Assembly: GCA_021796335.1 (NCBI GenBank)
Contig: JAJYHZ010000002.1
Coordinates: 29,728 to 93,727, forward strand
Origin: a bacterium
GTDB lineage: Bacteria; Patescibacteriota; Minisyncoccia; UBA6257; UBA9933
Direction: 5' to 3'
Length of the DNA stretch: 64,000 nucleotides
Shown: piece by piece, positions 51,013-60,137 of the stretch
Layout: every line of letters begins with the position of its first letter
How positions within the stretch are numbered: the stretch's first letter is position 1
Position numbers and translations under genes: made by a program
Notes under the pieces: generated by a model
Told to the model about the DNA's origin: nothing
The model's input: only the letters and a program-made list of their open reading frames with translations
Database searches by the model: none

Positions 51013-52050
51013 ATGTTGAATTCGGAAATTAAACTGAATCATTCGACTAAGCATTTAGGGCGGAGGAAAAATATCAGTAATCCCGAGCCGGAATTAAAAG
51101 CGCTGCGAGACGGCTTCGGCGAGGGACTTTTGATTTTAGGAGAAGAAAATCCCGATGTGGTGGTTATGACCGGAGACTTGAAGGAATCAACGCGCTGCCA
51201 TTGGTTCGCGGAAAAATACCCGCAAAGATTCATCGAAGTAGGAGTGGCGGAGCAGAATATGGCAGCGATTGCGGCAGGTCTGGGAATTTCTAATAAAATT
51301 CCCTTTATTTCGTCTTATGCGACATTTTCGCCGGGCAGAAACTGGGAGCAAATCAGAACCGCGATCGCCTATAACGATTCCAATGTAAAAATCGCCGGCC
51401 ATCATGCGGGAATTTCTACGGGACCGGATGGAGCCACTCATCAGGCAATTGAAGATATCGCAACTATGAGGGTAATTCCAAACATGAAAGTAATCGTTCC
51501 CTGCGACTCATACGAAGCAAAAAAAGCGACAATCGCAGCTGCAAAAATTTGGGGACCAGTTTACATCCGTTTGGCTAGAAATGAAACTCCGATTTTAACG
51601 AACAAGAATACTCCGTTTATCCCGCAAAAATCTTATGAGATGTTTAATTCTTCCGAATCAGCCAAGAAACTGAAACCGCAAGTGGCGATAATAGGAGCGG
51701 GACCGATTTTACATCAAGCAATTTTAGCGGCTCAAGAATTGGAAAAAGAGAAAATCGGATCCATTGTTCTAAACAGCCACACGATAAAACCGATTGACGA
51801 GAAAAAAATTATTGAATTGTCCAAAAGATGCGGAGCGATTGTAACCGCGGAAGAACATAACATACTGGGAGGATTAGGAAGCGCCGTAGCCGAGGTTATT
51901 GTGAAAAATTATCCGGTACCGATGGAACTTGTCGGAATGCGAGATGAGTTCGGCGAAAGCGGAGAACCGGCAGAGTTATATAAAAAATTCGGATTAATGG
52001 CGGAAAATATTAAGGAAGCGACTAAAAAAGCAATTAAAAGAAAACGATAA
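51013..52050 (+). CDS. Transketolase, C-terminal subunit
   Basis: GVAEQNM, GPDGATHQ, EEHN..GGLGS, DEFGESG. Confidence 0.92.
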   Translation: MLNSEIKLNHSTKHLGRRKNISNPEPELKALRDGFGEGLLILGEENPDVVVMTGDLKESTRCHWFAEKYPQRFIEVGVAEQNMAAIAAGLGISNKIPFISSYATFSPGRNWEQIRTAIAYNDSNVKIAGHHAGISTGPDGATHQAIEDIATMRVIPNMKVIVPCDSYEAKKATIAAAKIWGPVYIRLARNETPILTNKNTPFIPQKSYEMFNSSESAKKLKPQVAIIGAGPILHQAILAAQELEKEKIGSIVLNSHTIKPIDEKKIIELSKRCGAIVTAEEHNILGGLGSAVAEVIVKNYPVPMELVGMRDEFGESGEPAELYKKFGLMAENIKEATKKAIKRKR

Positions 52051-52062
52051 TTACAAATTTTT

Positions 52063-53100
52063 ATGTACGACATAATCACCATCGGCTCCGCGACAAAAGA
52101 TATTTTTATCTCTTCCGGGCAATTAAAAAAAATCAATGACCGGAATTATCTGGAAAAGGCGGGCTTTGTTTCCGGCGAGGCGATTTGTTTTCCCTTGGGA
52201 TCAAAAATCAATATTGAAAAGCCTTTTGCAACAATCGGCGGGAGAGGAGTGAATACCGCCGTATCATTCGCCAAGCAAGGGCTTAAAACCGCATCAATAA
52301 TCTCCGTAGGGAAAGACGAGGAAGCGAATAAAATTATCGAAATTTTTAAAGAGGATAAAATTTCCGTATTCCCAGCAATATCCAGCAAACTCGCAACAGC
52401 TTATTCCATAGTCCTCATTTCCAAAGGCGGCGAAAGAACGATACTAACATACAGAGGCGCCCTTGATAATGACAATCAATTTCCGAAATTGCTGGGCGAT
52501 AAAAAGGCAAGGTGGGCTTATTTTGCTCCAAGCGACCTGAATTCTCCCCTGACGAGCAAATTAATATCACAGTTATATAAAAATGGAATACTGATCGCAT
52601 TAAATGCTTCGCGCAAATTAAGCTCAAAAGATTTTAAAAAAATAATGCCAGCCTTAAAAAAAGTGACTGTGTTTATTTTAAACCGGGAAGAGGCCTCCTG
52701 TTTAACAGGATTGCCGTTTGAAGATAAAAAAGAAATTTTCAAAAAAATAGACGATGCCGTAGGCGGGATATTTATAATGACCGATGGAGAAAACGGAACG
52801 TTGGTTTCGGACAACAACAGCATTCTGGAAATCGGCACTTTCAAGACAAGGCCGATTGACGAAACCGGCGCCGGAGACGCCTTTGGATCGGGATTTATAG
52901 CAGGGCTGATTGAAAAAAATGAAGGGTGCATAAGCGGCAAATGTAAAAAAGATAATCTGCTATACGCAATCAGATTGGGATCAGCAAATGCGGCTTCGGT
53001 CGTCGAACACATCGGAGCAACGGAAGGAATTCTGTCGAAAATAGAATTTAAATGTAATAAACGCTGGAAAAGTTTACCAATAAAAATCCATAGTATATAA
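52063..53100 (+). CDS. PfkB-family carbohydrate kinase
   Basis: GGRGVNTAV, NREEA, DETGAGDAFGSG. Confidence 0.9.
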   Translation: MYDIITIGSATKDIFISSGQLKKINDRNYLEKAGFVSGEAICFPLGSKINIEKPFATIGGRGVNTAVSFAKQGLKTASIISVGKDEEANKIIEIFKEDKISVFPAISSKLATAYSIVLISKGGERTILTYRGALDNDNQFPKLLGDKKARWAYFAPSDLNSPLTSKLISQLYKNGILIALNASRKLSSKDFKKIMPALKKVTVFILNREEASCLTGLPFEDKKEIFKKIDDAVGGIFIMTDGENGTLVSDNNSILEIGTFKTRPIDETGAGDAFGSGFIAGLIEKNEGCISGKCKKDNLLYAIRLGSANAASVVEHIGATEGILSKIEFKCNKRWKSLPIKIHSI

Positions 53101-53237
53101 TGAAAAAAGGTTTGATAGTGATTAATTAAATTTTAAATCATAAACTTTCAAATTCTTCAATTTGAATTCGTGATATTTTTTTTCGGATTCGATTTTCTAA
53201 ATTTATTTGAAATCCGCGATTTAAAATTTTTTATTTT

Positions 53238-53858
53238 ATGAATCAGGATATTTGTCATACCAACCTGAAATATAAAATATGCGTTTCCGGCGCAGCCGAA
53301 ACAGGACATTGCGGTGCGAATGCTTTTCAAGTCGGCGAAGAATTGGGAAAGGAAATAGTAAAACATAATGCCGTTCTCGTAACCGGAGCAACAACCGGAT
53401 TTCCTTATTGGGCTGCGAAGGGCGCAAAAGAGGCAAATGGCATTGTCATCGGGTTTTCTCCGGCTGCCAATGAAACAGACCACGTCCATTTATTCAAGTT
53501 GCCGGTTGATAATCATGATTTGATTGTTTATACGGGTTTTCATTATAGCGGAAGAAATCTGATACTTACCCGTTCCGCTGATGCCGTTATTGTTTGCTGC
53601 GGACGCATGGGCACAATCAATGAGTTTACAATCGCCTTTGAAGACGGGAAGCCTATCGGAATCCTGCAAGGCGAATGGGAAACGGACGAAGTTCTGAAAA
53701 CGATAATCGAAAAATCACATCGCGCCGAAGAAATGAAGAACCGGATAGTTTACGACAGCGATCCAAAAGCTTTATTGGATAAGTTAATCAAAATCATTGA
53801 CGAGGCAAAACAAGAATACCATGCGACCTATTACGTTCCGGAGGTCATGAAAGAGTGA
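53238..53858 (+). CDS. LOG/SLOG family protein (TIGR00725-like)
   Basis: VTGATTG, GRNLIL, GRMGTINEF. Confidence 0.8.
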   Translation: MNQDICHTNLKYKICVSGAAETGHCGANAFQVGEELGKEIVKHNAVLVTGATTGFPYWAAKGAKEANGIVIGFSPAANETDHVHLFKLPVDNHDLIVYTGFHYSGRNLILTRSADAVIVCCGRMGTINEFTIAFEDGKPIGILQGEWETDEVLKTIIEKSHRAEEMKNRIVYDSDPKALLDKLIKIIDEAKQEYHATYYVPEVMKE

Positions 53859-53945
53859 TTGCTAATAGCTAATAGTGAATTGGCAAAATAACAGCAAAAA
53901 TCCGTCCGCCACCGCAGACGGATTTTTGTGTGGTAAAATTAATAT

Positions 53946-54485
53946 ATGAGAGCAAACCCGAAGCATTTAAGGGTTGAAAAATACGACAAAGAAAAATTTG
54001 AGCAGCGCAGGGAAAAACATGAATTTCCAAAAGCATACAAGGAACTCGCAATGTGCAAGATGTGCGGCGCGGTTTATTATAAAAAGTCTTGGCGTCACAA
54101 TTTTAAAAACAGCGACTATCGAAAATTATTAAGGAAATTTCCGATAAATTGGACAATATGCCCCGCCGACCGGATGATTAAAAACGGGCAATTTGAAGGA
54201 AAATTAACCGTTAAAAATATTCCTCACAAATATAAGGAAGAATTAATCGACCTTATCGCAGGATTCGGGAACAGGGCTTATCAAAAAGATTCGCAGCATC
54301 GAATTATAAATATCAAAAATCTTGCCGGTAATTCCCTTTTAATAACTACGACGGAGAATCAAATGGCCTTGCAAATGGCAAAAAAAATAAAAAATGCGTT
54401 TAAGAAAAAAGAAATTTTAAAAGTTTCCCTGTCTCCCCGGCCAAGCGATGTAATTTATGTAACAATGGAATTTATTGGGATTTAA
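53946..54485 (+). CDS. BCAM0308/NMD3-like Zn-finger protein
   Basis: CKMCGAVYYKKSW, CPADRMI, ITTTENQMA. Confidence 0.7.
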   Translation: MRANPKHLRVEKYDKEKFEQRREKHEFPKAYKELAMCKMCGAVYYKKSWRHNFKNSDYRKLLRKFPINWTICPADRMIKNGQFEGKLTVKNIPHKYKEELIDLIAGFGNRAYQKDSQHRIINIKNLAGNSLLITTTENQMALQMAKKIKNAFKKKEILKVSLSPRPSDVIYVTMEFIGI

Positions 54486-54486
54486 T

Positions 54487-55296
54487 ATGGACGGATTAAT
54501 TTTATTTTATAAACCAAAAGGTTGGACAAACCGGGATATTTTAAGTTTTTTCCAGATTAAGCTCGGCAATTTGAACTTCGGCCACGGAGGAAAACTTGAT
54601 CCCGCGGCGGAAGGATTGATTATAATAGGCTTCGGAAAAATAAATTCGAGGCTGATGGAATTTCTACAAAGCAAAAGCAGATATGAAATAAATTTGGATT
54701 TGAACAAGGAAATAGACACCTCGGAGCTGCAATCGGTTATAAACTTCAAATTTTTAAAAAACCGGCCAAAAATCGAATCAAGGACCAATTATTTTTTAAA
54801 AAATAAGAAAGAAGAATTTATTTACAATTACGAGATTTTTGATCATAAACATACGTATTTAGCATTAAAAATCGAAGTTCCCGCGAAATTCAATATAATC
54901 GCTTTTATCAATGAATTAGCGCGGAATTTAAAAATAAAGGCAATTGTTCATAAAATAAAAAGGGTGGGAATAAACAATCTCAGCGCAAATCAGGCGCTTG
55001 AGCCAAACGATTTTTCCGGTCCAATTGAGATATCCGCCACATTAAGAGGAAAGGTTCAAGGCGTAGGAATGCGTTATTTGTCTTACAATGCTGCTAAAGG
55101 TTTGAATCTAACCGGATATGCAAAAAATTCAGGAAAAGGAAATATTGAGATTCTATTGCAGGGGAATTTAATAAGCCTTTTAAAATTTCAAAAAGAAATT
55201 TTAGCCGGAACAAATTCATCAAAAATAACCGGATATGAATTTATATTCAGAAAACTTCTGAAAAAGAGAGGTGAATTCGTTATTGAATTCGATTAA
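54487..55296 (+). CDS. TruB-like pseudouridine synthase domain fused to acylphosphatase-like domain
   Basis: KPKGWT, GHGGKLDPAAEGL; C-terminal GKVQGVGMR...LTGYAKN...G.IE. Confidence 0.75.
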   Translation: MDGLILFYKPKGWTNRDILSFFQIKLGNLNFGHGGKLDPAAEGLIIIGFGKINSRLMEFLQSKSRYEINLDLNKEIDTSELQSVINFKFLKNRPKIESRTNYFLKNKKEEFIYNYEIFDHKHTYLALKIEVPAKFNIIAFINELARNLKIKAIVHKIKRVGINNLSANQALEPNDFSGPIEISATLRGKVQGVGMRYLSYNAAKGLNLTGYAKNSGKGNIEILLQGNLISLLKFQKEILAGTNSSKITGYEFIFRKLLKKRGEFVIEFD

Positions 55297-56321
55297 AAAA
55301 GGCGCGTTATATCTTTATAGGTAATAATCGCAATTAAAAGCAAAAGCAAGGCCATCCCCACGGCATTAGCATAACTTTCGAATTTTTTCGGCAGAGGGGA
55401 TCCCTTTATCTTTTCAATTATCAAAAACAACAATCTTCCGCCATCAAGAGCCGGAAACGGAAAAATATTGATTGCCGCCAAATTGACCGAAATCAAAGCT
55501 AAGAGCTGAGTCAAATATATTAACCCCAAATGACTGAACTGAGCAGTCAATTTTACAATTCCGACCGGACCGGTTATGTTTTGAAGAGGAGATCTGCCGA
55601 GAATAGCCAGTTTTATAAGAGTAAAAATGCCAACAAAAATTATTGAGAACATTTGCCCTGCGGATTTTAATCCGTCCCAGACACTTTTTAAAACAGACTC
55701 TTTTTGCTGACCGGATTGAACCATTCCGATGCCGAGAGATCCTTCGCCCGGAGGCGGATTGGTTCGCGGAGTCATTTTGAAATCAAGTTTTTCCCCGTTT
55801 CTTTCAACCTTCAAATCTATCTGCTTGCCCTTGTTTTGATTTATGTAATTTATAAGATCGTCAACCGAAGTAAATCCGACAATTTTGTCGTTAACTTGCA
55901 CGCCGGCCTGAGCTGCGGGCGTATTTGACTGAACCTGGGTTATGAAAACCGCCTGAGGAACGCCGACTGCAAAAATAACGGAAATCAAAACCCAGCCCAA
56001 TATGAAGTTCATCGTGACTCCGGCAATTATTATTATTATTCTTCTCCAAATTTTTAAATTAAAGAATACCCGTTCGGAAGGAATTTTTTTATCGGCATCT
56101 TCTTCTCCGTTTTCTCCGGCAATTTTTACAAAACCTCCGATCGGCAGAGCATTGATGCTGTAGATTGTCTCGCCGATTTTTTTCCCGTAAATTCTCGGCG
56201 GCAAGCCTATTCCGAATTCTTCGACAAACAGACCAAATCGTTTAGCAGCAATAAAATGGCCGAATTCATGGACTAGAACCAAAATGGACAAAAAGATTAA
56301 AACAATTAAAGCGGTAAGCAC
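55293..56321 (-). CDS. rseP: RseP-type M50 intramembrane metalloprotease
   Basis: HEFGH, PIGGFV, PDZ, NIFPFPALDGG. Confidence 0.92.
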   Translation of the reverse strand: MLTALIVLIFLSILVLVHEFGHFIAAKRFGLFVEEFGIGLPPRIYGKKIGETIYSINALPIGGFVKIAGENGEEDADKKIPSERVFFNLKIWRRIIIIIAGVTMNFILGWVLISVIFAVGVPQAVFITQVQSNTPAAQAGVQVNDKIVGFTSVDDLINYINQNKGKQIDLKVERNGEKLDFKMTPRTNPPPGEGSLGIGMVQSGQQKESVLKSVWDGLKSAGQMFSIIFVGIFTLIKLAILGRSPLQNITGPVGIVKLTAQFSHLGLIYLTQLLALISVNLAAINIFPFPALDGGRLLFLIIEKIKGSPLPKKFESYANAVGMALLLLLIAIITYKDITRLF

Positions 56322-56403
56322 ATTTAAATTATTCTAATGCCAAATCATTCTAATTTCTAAACTTTAAGTTAATTAGAGTAATTAGTTAATTAGAAATTCG
56401 AAG

Positions 56404-56955
56404 TTATTCTTCAATTTCTTTTATTTTTTTCTCAAGCAAATCATCAAGTTCTTTGTTAGACTTATCCATGATTTCCTGGATTTTATCTTTAATCTTGAAT
56501 TTTTCATCTTCGGTTATTTCTCCGGAATCGAAGTCGCGGTTAATCTTTTTCTGAATTTCATCGCGAACCGACCTAATTTTTATTTTAGTTTCTTCGGTTT
56601 CTTTTTTTACTACTTTAACGAGCTCTTTTCTCCTCTCATCGGAAAGGGGCGGAAGATTTATCCTGATCAGATTCCCTTCAATATTGGCATTTACGTTCAG
56701 ATTGGACGATTCGATGGCTTTAGCCACAGCGCCAACTATCGTCTTATCCCAGACTGAAATTTGAATTTGCATTGGCGGAACAATGCTGATGGCGCCAAGC
56801 TGCTTAACCGACATTTTTTGGCCGTAAGCTTCAACGTAGATATCCTCGACCATTCTGGGAGAGGGCCGGTTGGATCTCATTCCCATAAACTCTTGTTTCA
56901 AAGCGACTGCAAATTGATTGGATTTTTCCTGGAGTTCGTTTAGATAATTATTCAT
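56404..56955 (-). CDS. frr: Ribosome recycling factor
   Basis: R.NRP, VEAYG, PPLSDERRKEL. Confidence 0.93.
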   Translation of the reverse strand: MNNYLNELQEKSNQFAVALKQEFMGMRSNRPSPRMVEDIYVEAYGQKMSVKQLGAISIVPPMQIQISVWDKTIVGAVAKAIESSNLNVNANIEGNLIRINLPPLSDERRKELVKVVKKETEETKIKIRSVRDEIQKKINRDFDSGEITEDEKFKIKDKIQEIMDKSNKELDDLLEKKIKEIEE

Positions 56956-57034
56956 AAAATCACTCTATCCGGTGTTTTTAATCAAACATGTTTATATAAA
57001 TATTACCGTTATTATTGAGAGAAATCAAAATTTT

Positions 57035-57070
57035 CAATCAAATTTTGAGCGATCGCTCAAAATTTGATTG
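57035..57070. repeat. CGATCG-core perfect 36-bp palindrome
   Basis: caatcaaattttgag-cgatcg-ctcaaaatttgattg. Confidence 0.9.
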
Positions 57071-57099
57071 GTTATCCACATGACTTCAAAAAGGCTTGC

Positions 57100-57753
57100 T
57101 TAAACTTTTTTGGATTTTTTCAGGGAATTAAGGTATCTGATCTGGAGATTTTTATTCAGGTTAAATTGGTTCATTAATTCCAATCGATTTAAAAACTCTT
57201 TGATTATTCCGGAATTTTTTATTACATCTTTTTTTAATTCGGCCAAATCGGCTTTGACAATTTCTTCCTGGTTTTCTTCTTTTTTGGCCTTGAATGATTT
57301 AACAGGCTTCTCGGAATTTGAATTGGGAAAATAAATTTTATGAACACGGGAATTAATTGTCGGCAAAAGATTTTCTTCGTGAGATCCTATCAAAATTATC
57401 AAGGCGTTTTGCGGAGGTTCTTCGATGATTTTAAGCAAAGCGCCCTGAGCTTCATTGGTTAACGCCCCTGAATCATAAATCACGGCAATCTTTTTTCTGT
57501 TAACCGCGGTTTGATAAATAAAATTCCGCAGATCGCGAATTTCATCGATTCCAATATTGTCGGATTCATTCGGTTCTATTAGATAGAAATCATTTAAAAA
57601 TTCAGGAATTTTAAATTCTCCGGTTTCTAGAAATCCGGCCAGTCCTTTAGAAAAACCAAGAATGTCTTTTAGCGATTCGCCGAAAAAATAATAGGCGTGG
57701 AATAATTTTCCGCTATCTGCCAGCTTGATAAAATTTTCTTTTATTTTATCCAT
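57100..57753 (-). CDS. holB: DNA polymerase III delta-prime-like protein (short)
   Basis: HAYYFFG, IGIDEIR, EAQGALLKIIEEPP, LLPTINSR. Confidence 0.8.
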   Translation of the reverse strand: MDKIKENFIKLADSGKLFHAYYFFGESLKDILGFSKGLAGFLETGEFKIPEFLNDFYLIEPNESDNIGIDEIRDLRNFIYQTAVNRKKIAVIYDSGALTNEAQGALLKIIEEPPQNALIILIGSHEENLLPTINSRVHKIYFPNSNSEKPVKSFKAKKEENQEEIVKADLAELKKDVIKNSGIIKEFLNRLELMNQFNLNKNLQIRYLNSLKKSKKV

Positions 57754-58160
57754 TAACTTGAAATAATTTTATGTATTTCTGTGCCGCTTATCGGGATACC
57801 TTTTTTGTCAAAAAATTTTAAGCCATTATATTTTTTTGGGTTGTGAGAAGCAGTTACCATTATTCCAAAATCTGCCTTATTTTCATTAACTAAAAAAGAA
57901 AGCATGGGAGTGGTACACATTCCTACTGGAATAATTTTTAACTTTAAATTTTTAATTTTTAAAGCGCTTATAGTTGCCCTGTATAAATTCGGCGAAGAAA
58001 GGCGGGCATCGCGGCCAATTACAACAGTTTTTAGATTTATAGTTTTTAGTTGGTTAGTAAAAAATGCTGAAATTATATTTTTTACGATTTTTTCATTTAT
58101 TTCGCTCGGATAAATGCCGCGAATGTCATAGGCGCGGAATATTTTAGAGTCAAGATTCAT
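57753..58160 (-). CDS. Phosphomannomutase/phosphoglucomutase domain I only (truncated)
   Basis: IFRAYDIRG, GRDARLSS, TASHNP..YNG; stops after 135 aa. Confidence 0.8.
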   Translation of the reverse strand: MNLDSKIFRAYDIRGIYPSEINEKIVKNIISAFFTNQLKTINLKTVVIGRDARLSSPNLYRATISALKIKNLKLKIIPVGMCTTPMLSFLVNENKADFGIMVTASHNPKKYNGLKFFDKKGIPISGTEIHKIISS

Positions 58161-58280
58161 GTATCAAGTATCAGGCAAAATAAAAATCTGGGCAATATTG
58201 ACAAAATTAATCTAATGTAGTAGAAACTAATCAGGACAAAAAGCTGGTTTCCAGCTACAAAAATAAACACGAGGTGAAAA

Positions 58281-58715
58281 ATGTTCAAAGCGCGAATAGC
58301 TAATAGTGGAATATTTATCCTGGTGTTTGCAGCACTGGCGGTTATTTTGCCCCATGTGAGCTCTTCTGAGTCCGCAGGGCTTCGGGTTTTCGCTGGAATT
58401 ATATTCCTTATTGCGGCCTTAGTCTTGGCAATAATAGGCGGCGGATGGGATAGTTACGGAAAAACAATTAAAGTAAGCGAACTCCCGGGCGGAATTTCCC
58501 TTGTCGTAGCAACAACAGTACCATCTCATAATCTTATCAAGATTTACAGAAGTGATGTTCCGAGCGATGAAAGATTTGTATCGGTTAACTCGACCTCACA
58601 ATTTCACACAGGAATGATTTTTCGCAGAACAAATTTCAGTAAAGAGCAAATGGAAATTCTTAACCCAAAAATATTTTTTACCGAGGGAAAGATAGTTCTT
58701 CAAATAAAGTCTTGA
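58281..58715 (+). CDS. Hypothetical two-TM membrane protein
   Basis: SD GAGGTG, upstream TTGACA, terminator ~58733-58760. Confidence 0.65.
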   Translation: MFKARIANSGIFILVFAALAVILPHVSSSESAGLRVFAGIIFLIAALVLAIIGGGWDSYGKTIKVSELPGGISLVVATTVPSHNLIKIYRSDVPSDERFVSVNSTSQFHTGMIFRRTNFSKEQMEILNPKIFFTEGKIVLQIKS

Positions 58716-58817
58716 ATGCCGTAATTTACAAGAGGCGGGAGAAATCTCGCCTGTTTTTTTAATTTTATCATCTGTGAAATTAGATTTTTCTCCGCCAACT
58801 GGCGGATCAGAATGGCT

Positions 58818-60137
58818 TTATTTCAGCCTTTCTTTTAAATAATCTTCTAAAGCTGAAATTGATACTCTTTCTTGCTTCATCGAATCGCGGTTGCGGACAG
58901 TCACATCGTTATTTCCCAAACTATCAAAATCAATTGTTATGCAATAAGGAGTCCCGATTTCGTCCTGATAACGATAACGCTTTCCGATATTTCCCCTGTC
59001 ATCCCAAAAAGTCGGAAATTGTTTTTTTAAGTCAGTATAAATTTCCCGCGCTTTCCCGACTAAATTTTCTTTGTTTGCCAATAATGGAAATACCGCGACT
59101 TTATACGGAGCAATATTTGGATTTAATTTTAAAACAATTCTGGTTTCGCCATTCTCTAACTGTTCTTCATTATAAGCTTCAACCATAACTGCCAAGAAGG
59201 TGCGGTCAACTCCGAAAGTCGGCTCAATGACATGCGGAATAAATCTTTTGCCGGTTTGCTCGTCAAAATATTCCATGCTGACTCCAGAATATTTTTGGTG
59301 CCGGGACAAATCGTAATCAGTCCTGTAAGCAATCGCCCATAATTCGTCTTTTCCGAATGGAAACGGATACTCCATATCAATGGTGCGCTTGGAGTAAAAT
59401 GCGCGTTCGCCGTCGGGAATTTCATGGTCGAAAAGTTTTTTCTTATCCAGGCCGATTATATCGGCAAAATTATGGATATATTTTACCCACTCTTCAAAAA
59501 TTTTAATCCAATCAGAATCGGGATTAATGAAATACTCTATTTCCATTATTTCGAATTCCAAAGTGCGGAAAATAAACTGGCCGGTAGTGATTTCATTTCG
59601 AAAAGCTTTTCCGATTTGGCCTATGCCGAAAGGAATTTTTTTGTTGGTGGAGCTTAAAACATTTTTATAATCAACGAATATATTTTGAGCTGTTTCACCT
59701 CTTAAATATGCCAATGTTTGATCGCCCTCGACCGGTCCTATCATAACCTTAAAAAGCAGGCTGAAGGGGCGCGGTTCTGTAAATTCTCCTCCGCAAACCG
59801 GGCATTTGGAAGCATCTTCTAATTTATCCGGCCTGAATCTGCGATGGCATTTTTTACATTCAACCAATAAATCTTTAAATCCCGAAACATGCCCGGAGGC
59901 TTCCCAAATTTTTGCATTTGAAATTATACCGCCGTCCAAGCCAACCATATCATCCCTGTCCTGGATAAAATATTTCCACCAGGCTTTTTTAATGTTATTT
60001 TTCAGCTCAACTCCCAGATGGCCGTAATCGTAAGTATTGGCCAAGCCGCCGTAAATTTCCGAGCCGGGAAATATAAAGCCTCGCCTTTTGCAAAGCGAGA
60101 CTATTTTCTCCATTAAGTTTTTATCTTGACTGGTCAT
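58818..60137 (-). CDS. glyS: Glycine--tRNA ligase (alpha2 type)
   Basis: LCKRRGF, LRGETAQ, FRNEIT, VIEPTFGVDR, IGKRYRYQDEIGTP. Confidence 0.95.
   Translation of the reverse strand: MTSQDKNLMEKIVSLCKRRGFIFPGSEIYGGLANTYDYGHLGVELKNNIKKAWWKYFIQDRDDMVGLDGGIISNAKIWEASGHVSGFKDLLVECKKCHRRFRPDKLEDASKCPVCGGEFTEPRPFSLLFKVMIGPVEGDQTLAYLRGETAQNIFVDYKNVLSSTNKKIPFGIGQIGKAFRNEITTGQFIFRTLEFEIMEIEYFINPDSDWIKIFEEWVKYIHNFADIIGLDKKKLFDHEIPDGERAFYSKRTIDMEYPFPFGKDELWAIAYRTDYDLSRHQKYSGVSMEYFDEQTGKRFIPHVIEPTFGVDRTFLAVMVEAYNEEQLENGETRIVLKLNPNIAPYKVAVFPLLANKENLVGKAREIYTDLKKQFPTFWDDRGNIGKRYRYQDEIGTPYCITIDFDSLGNNDVTVRNRDSMKQERVSISALEDYLKERLK

Noticed and set aside
57072-57080. DnaA box TTATCCACA as replication origin
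   Set aside because: Single box, no cluster, no dnaA or dnaN nearby
58818-60137. Eukaryote/archaea-type GlyRS as a novelty
   Set aside because: The alpha2 type is common in many bacterial lineages
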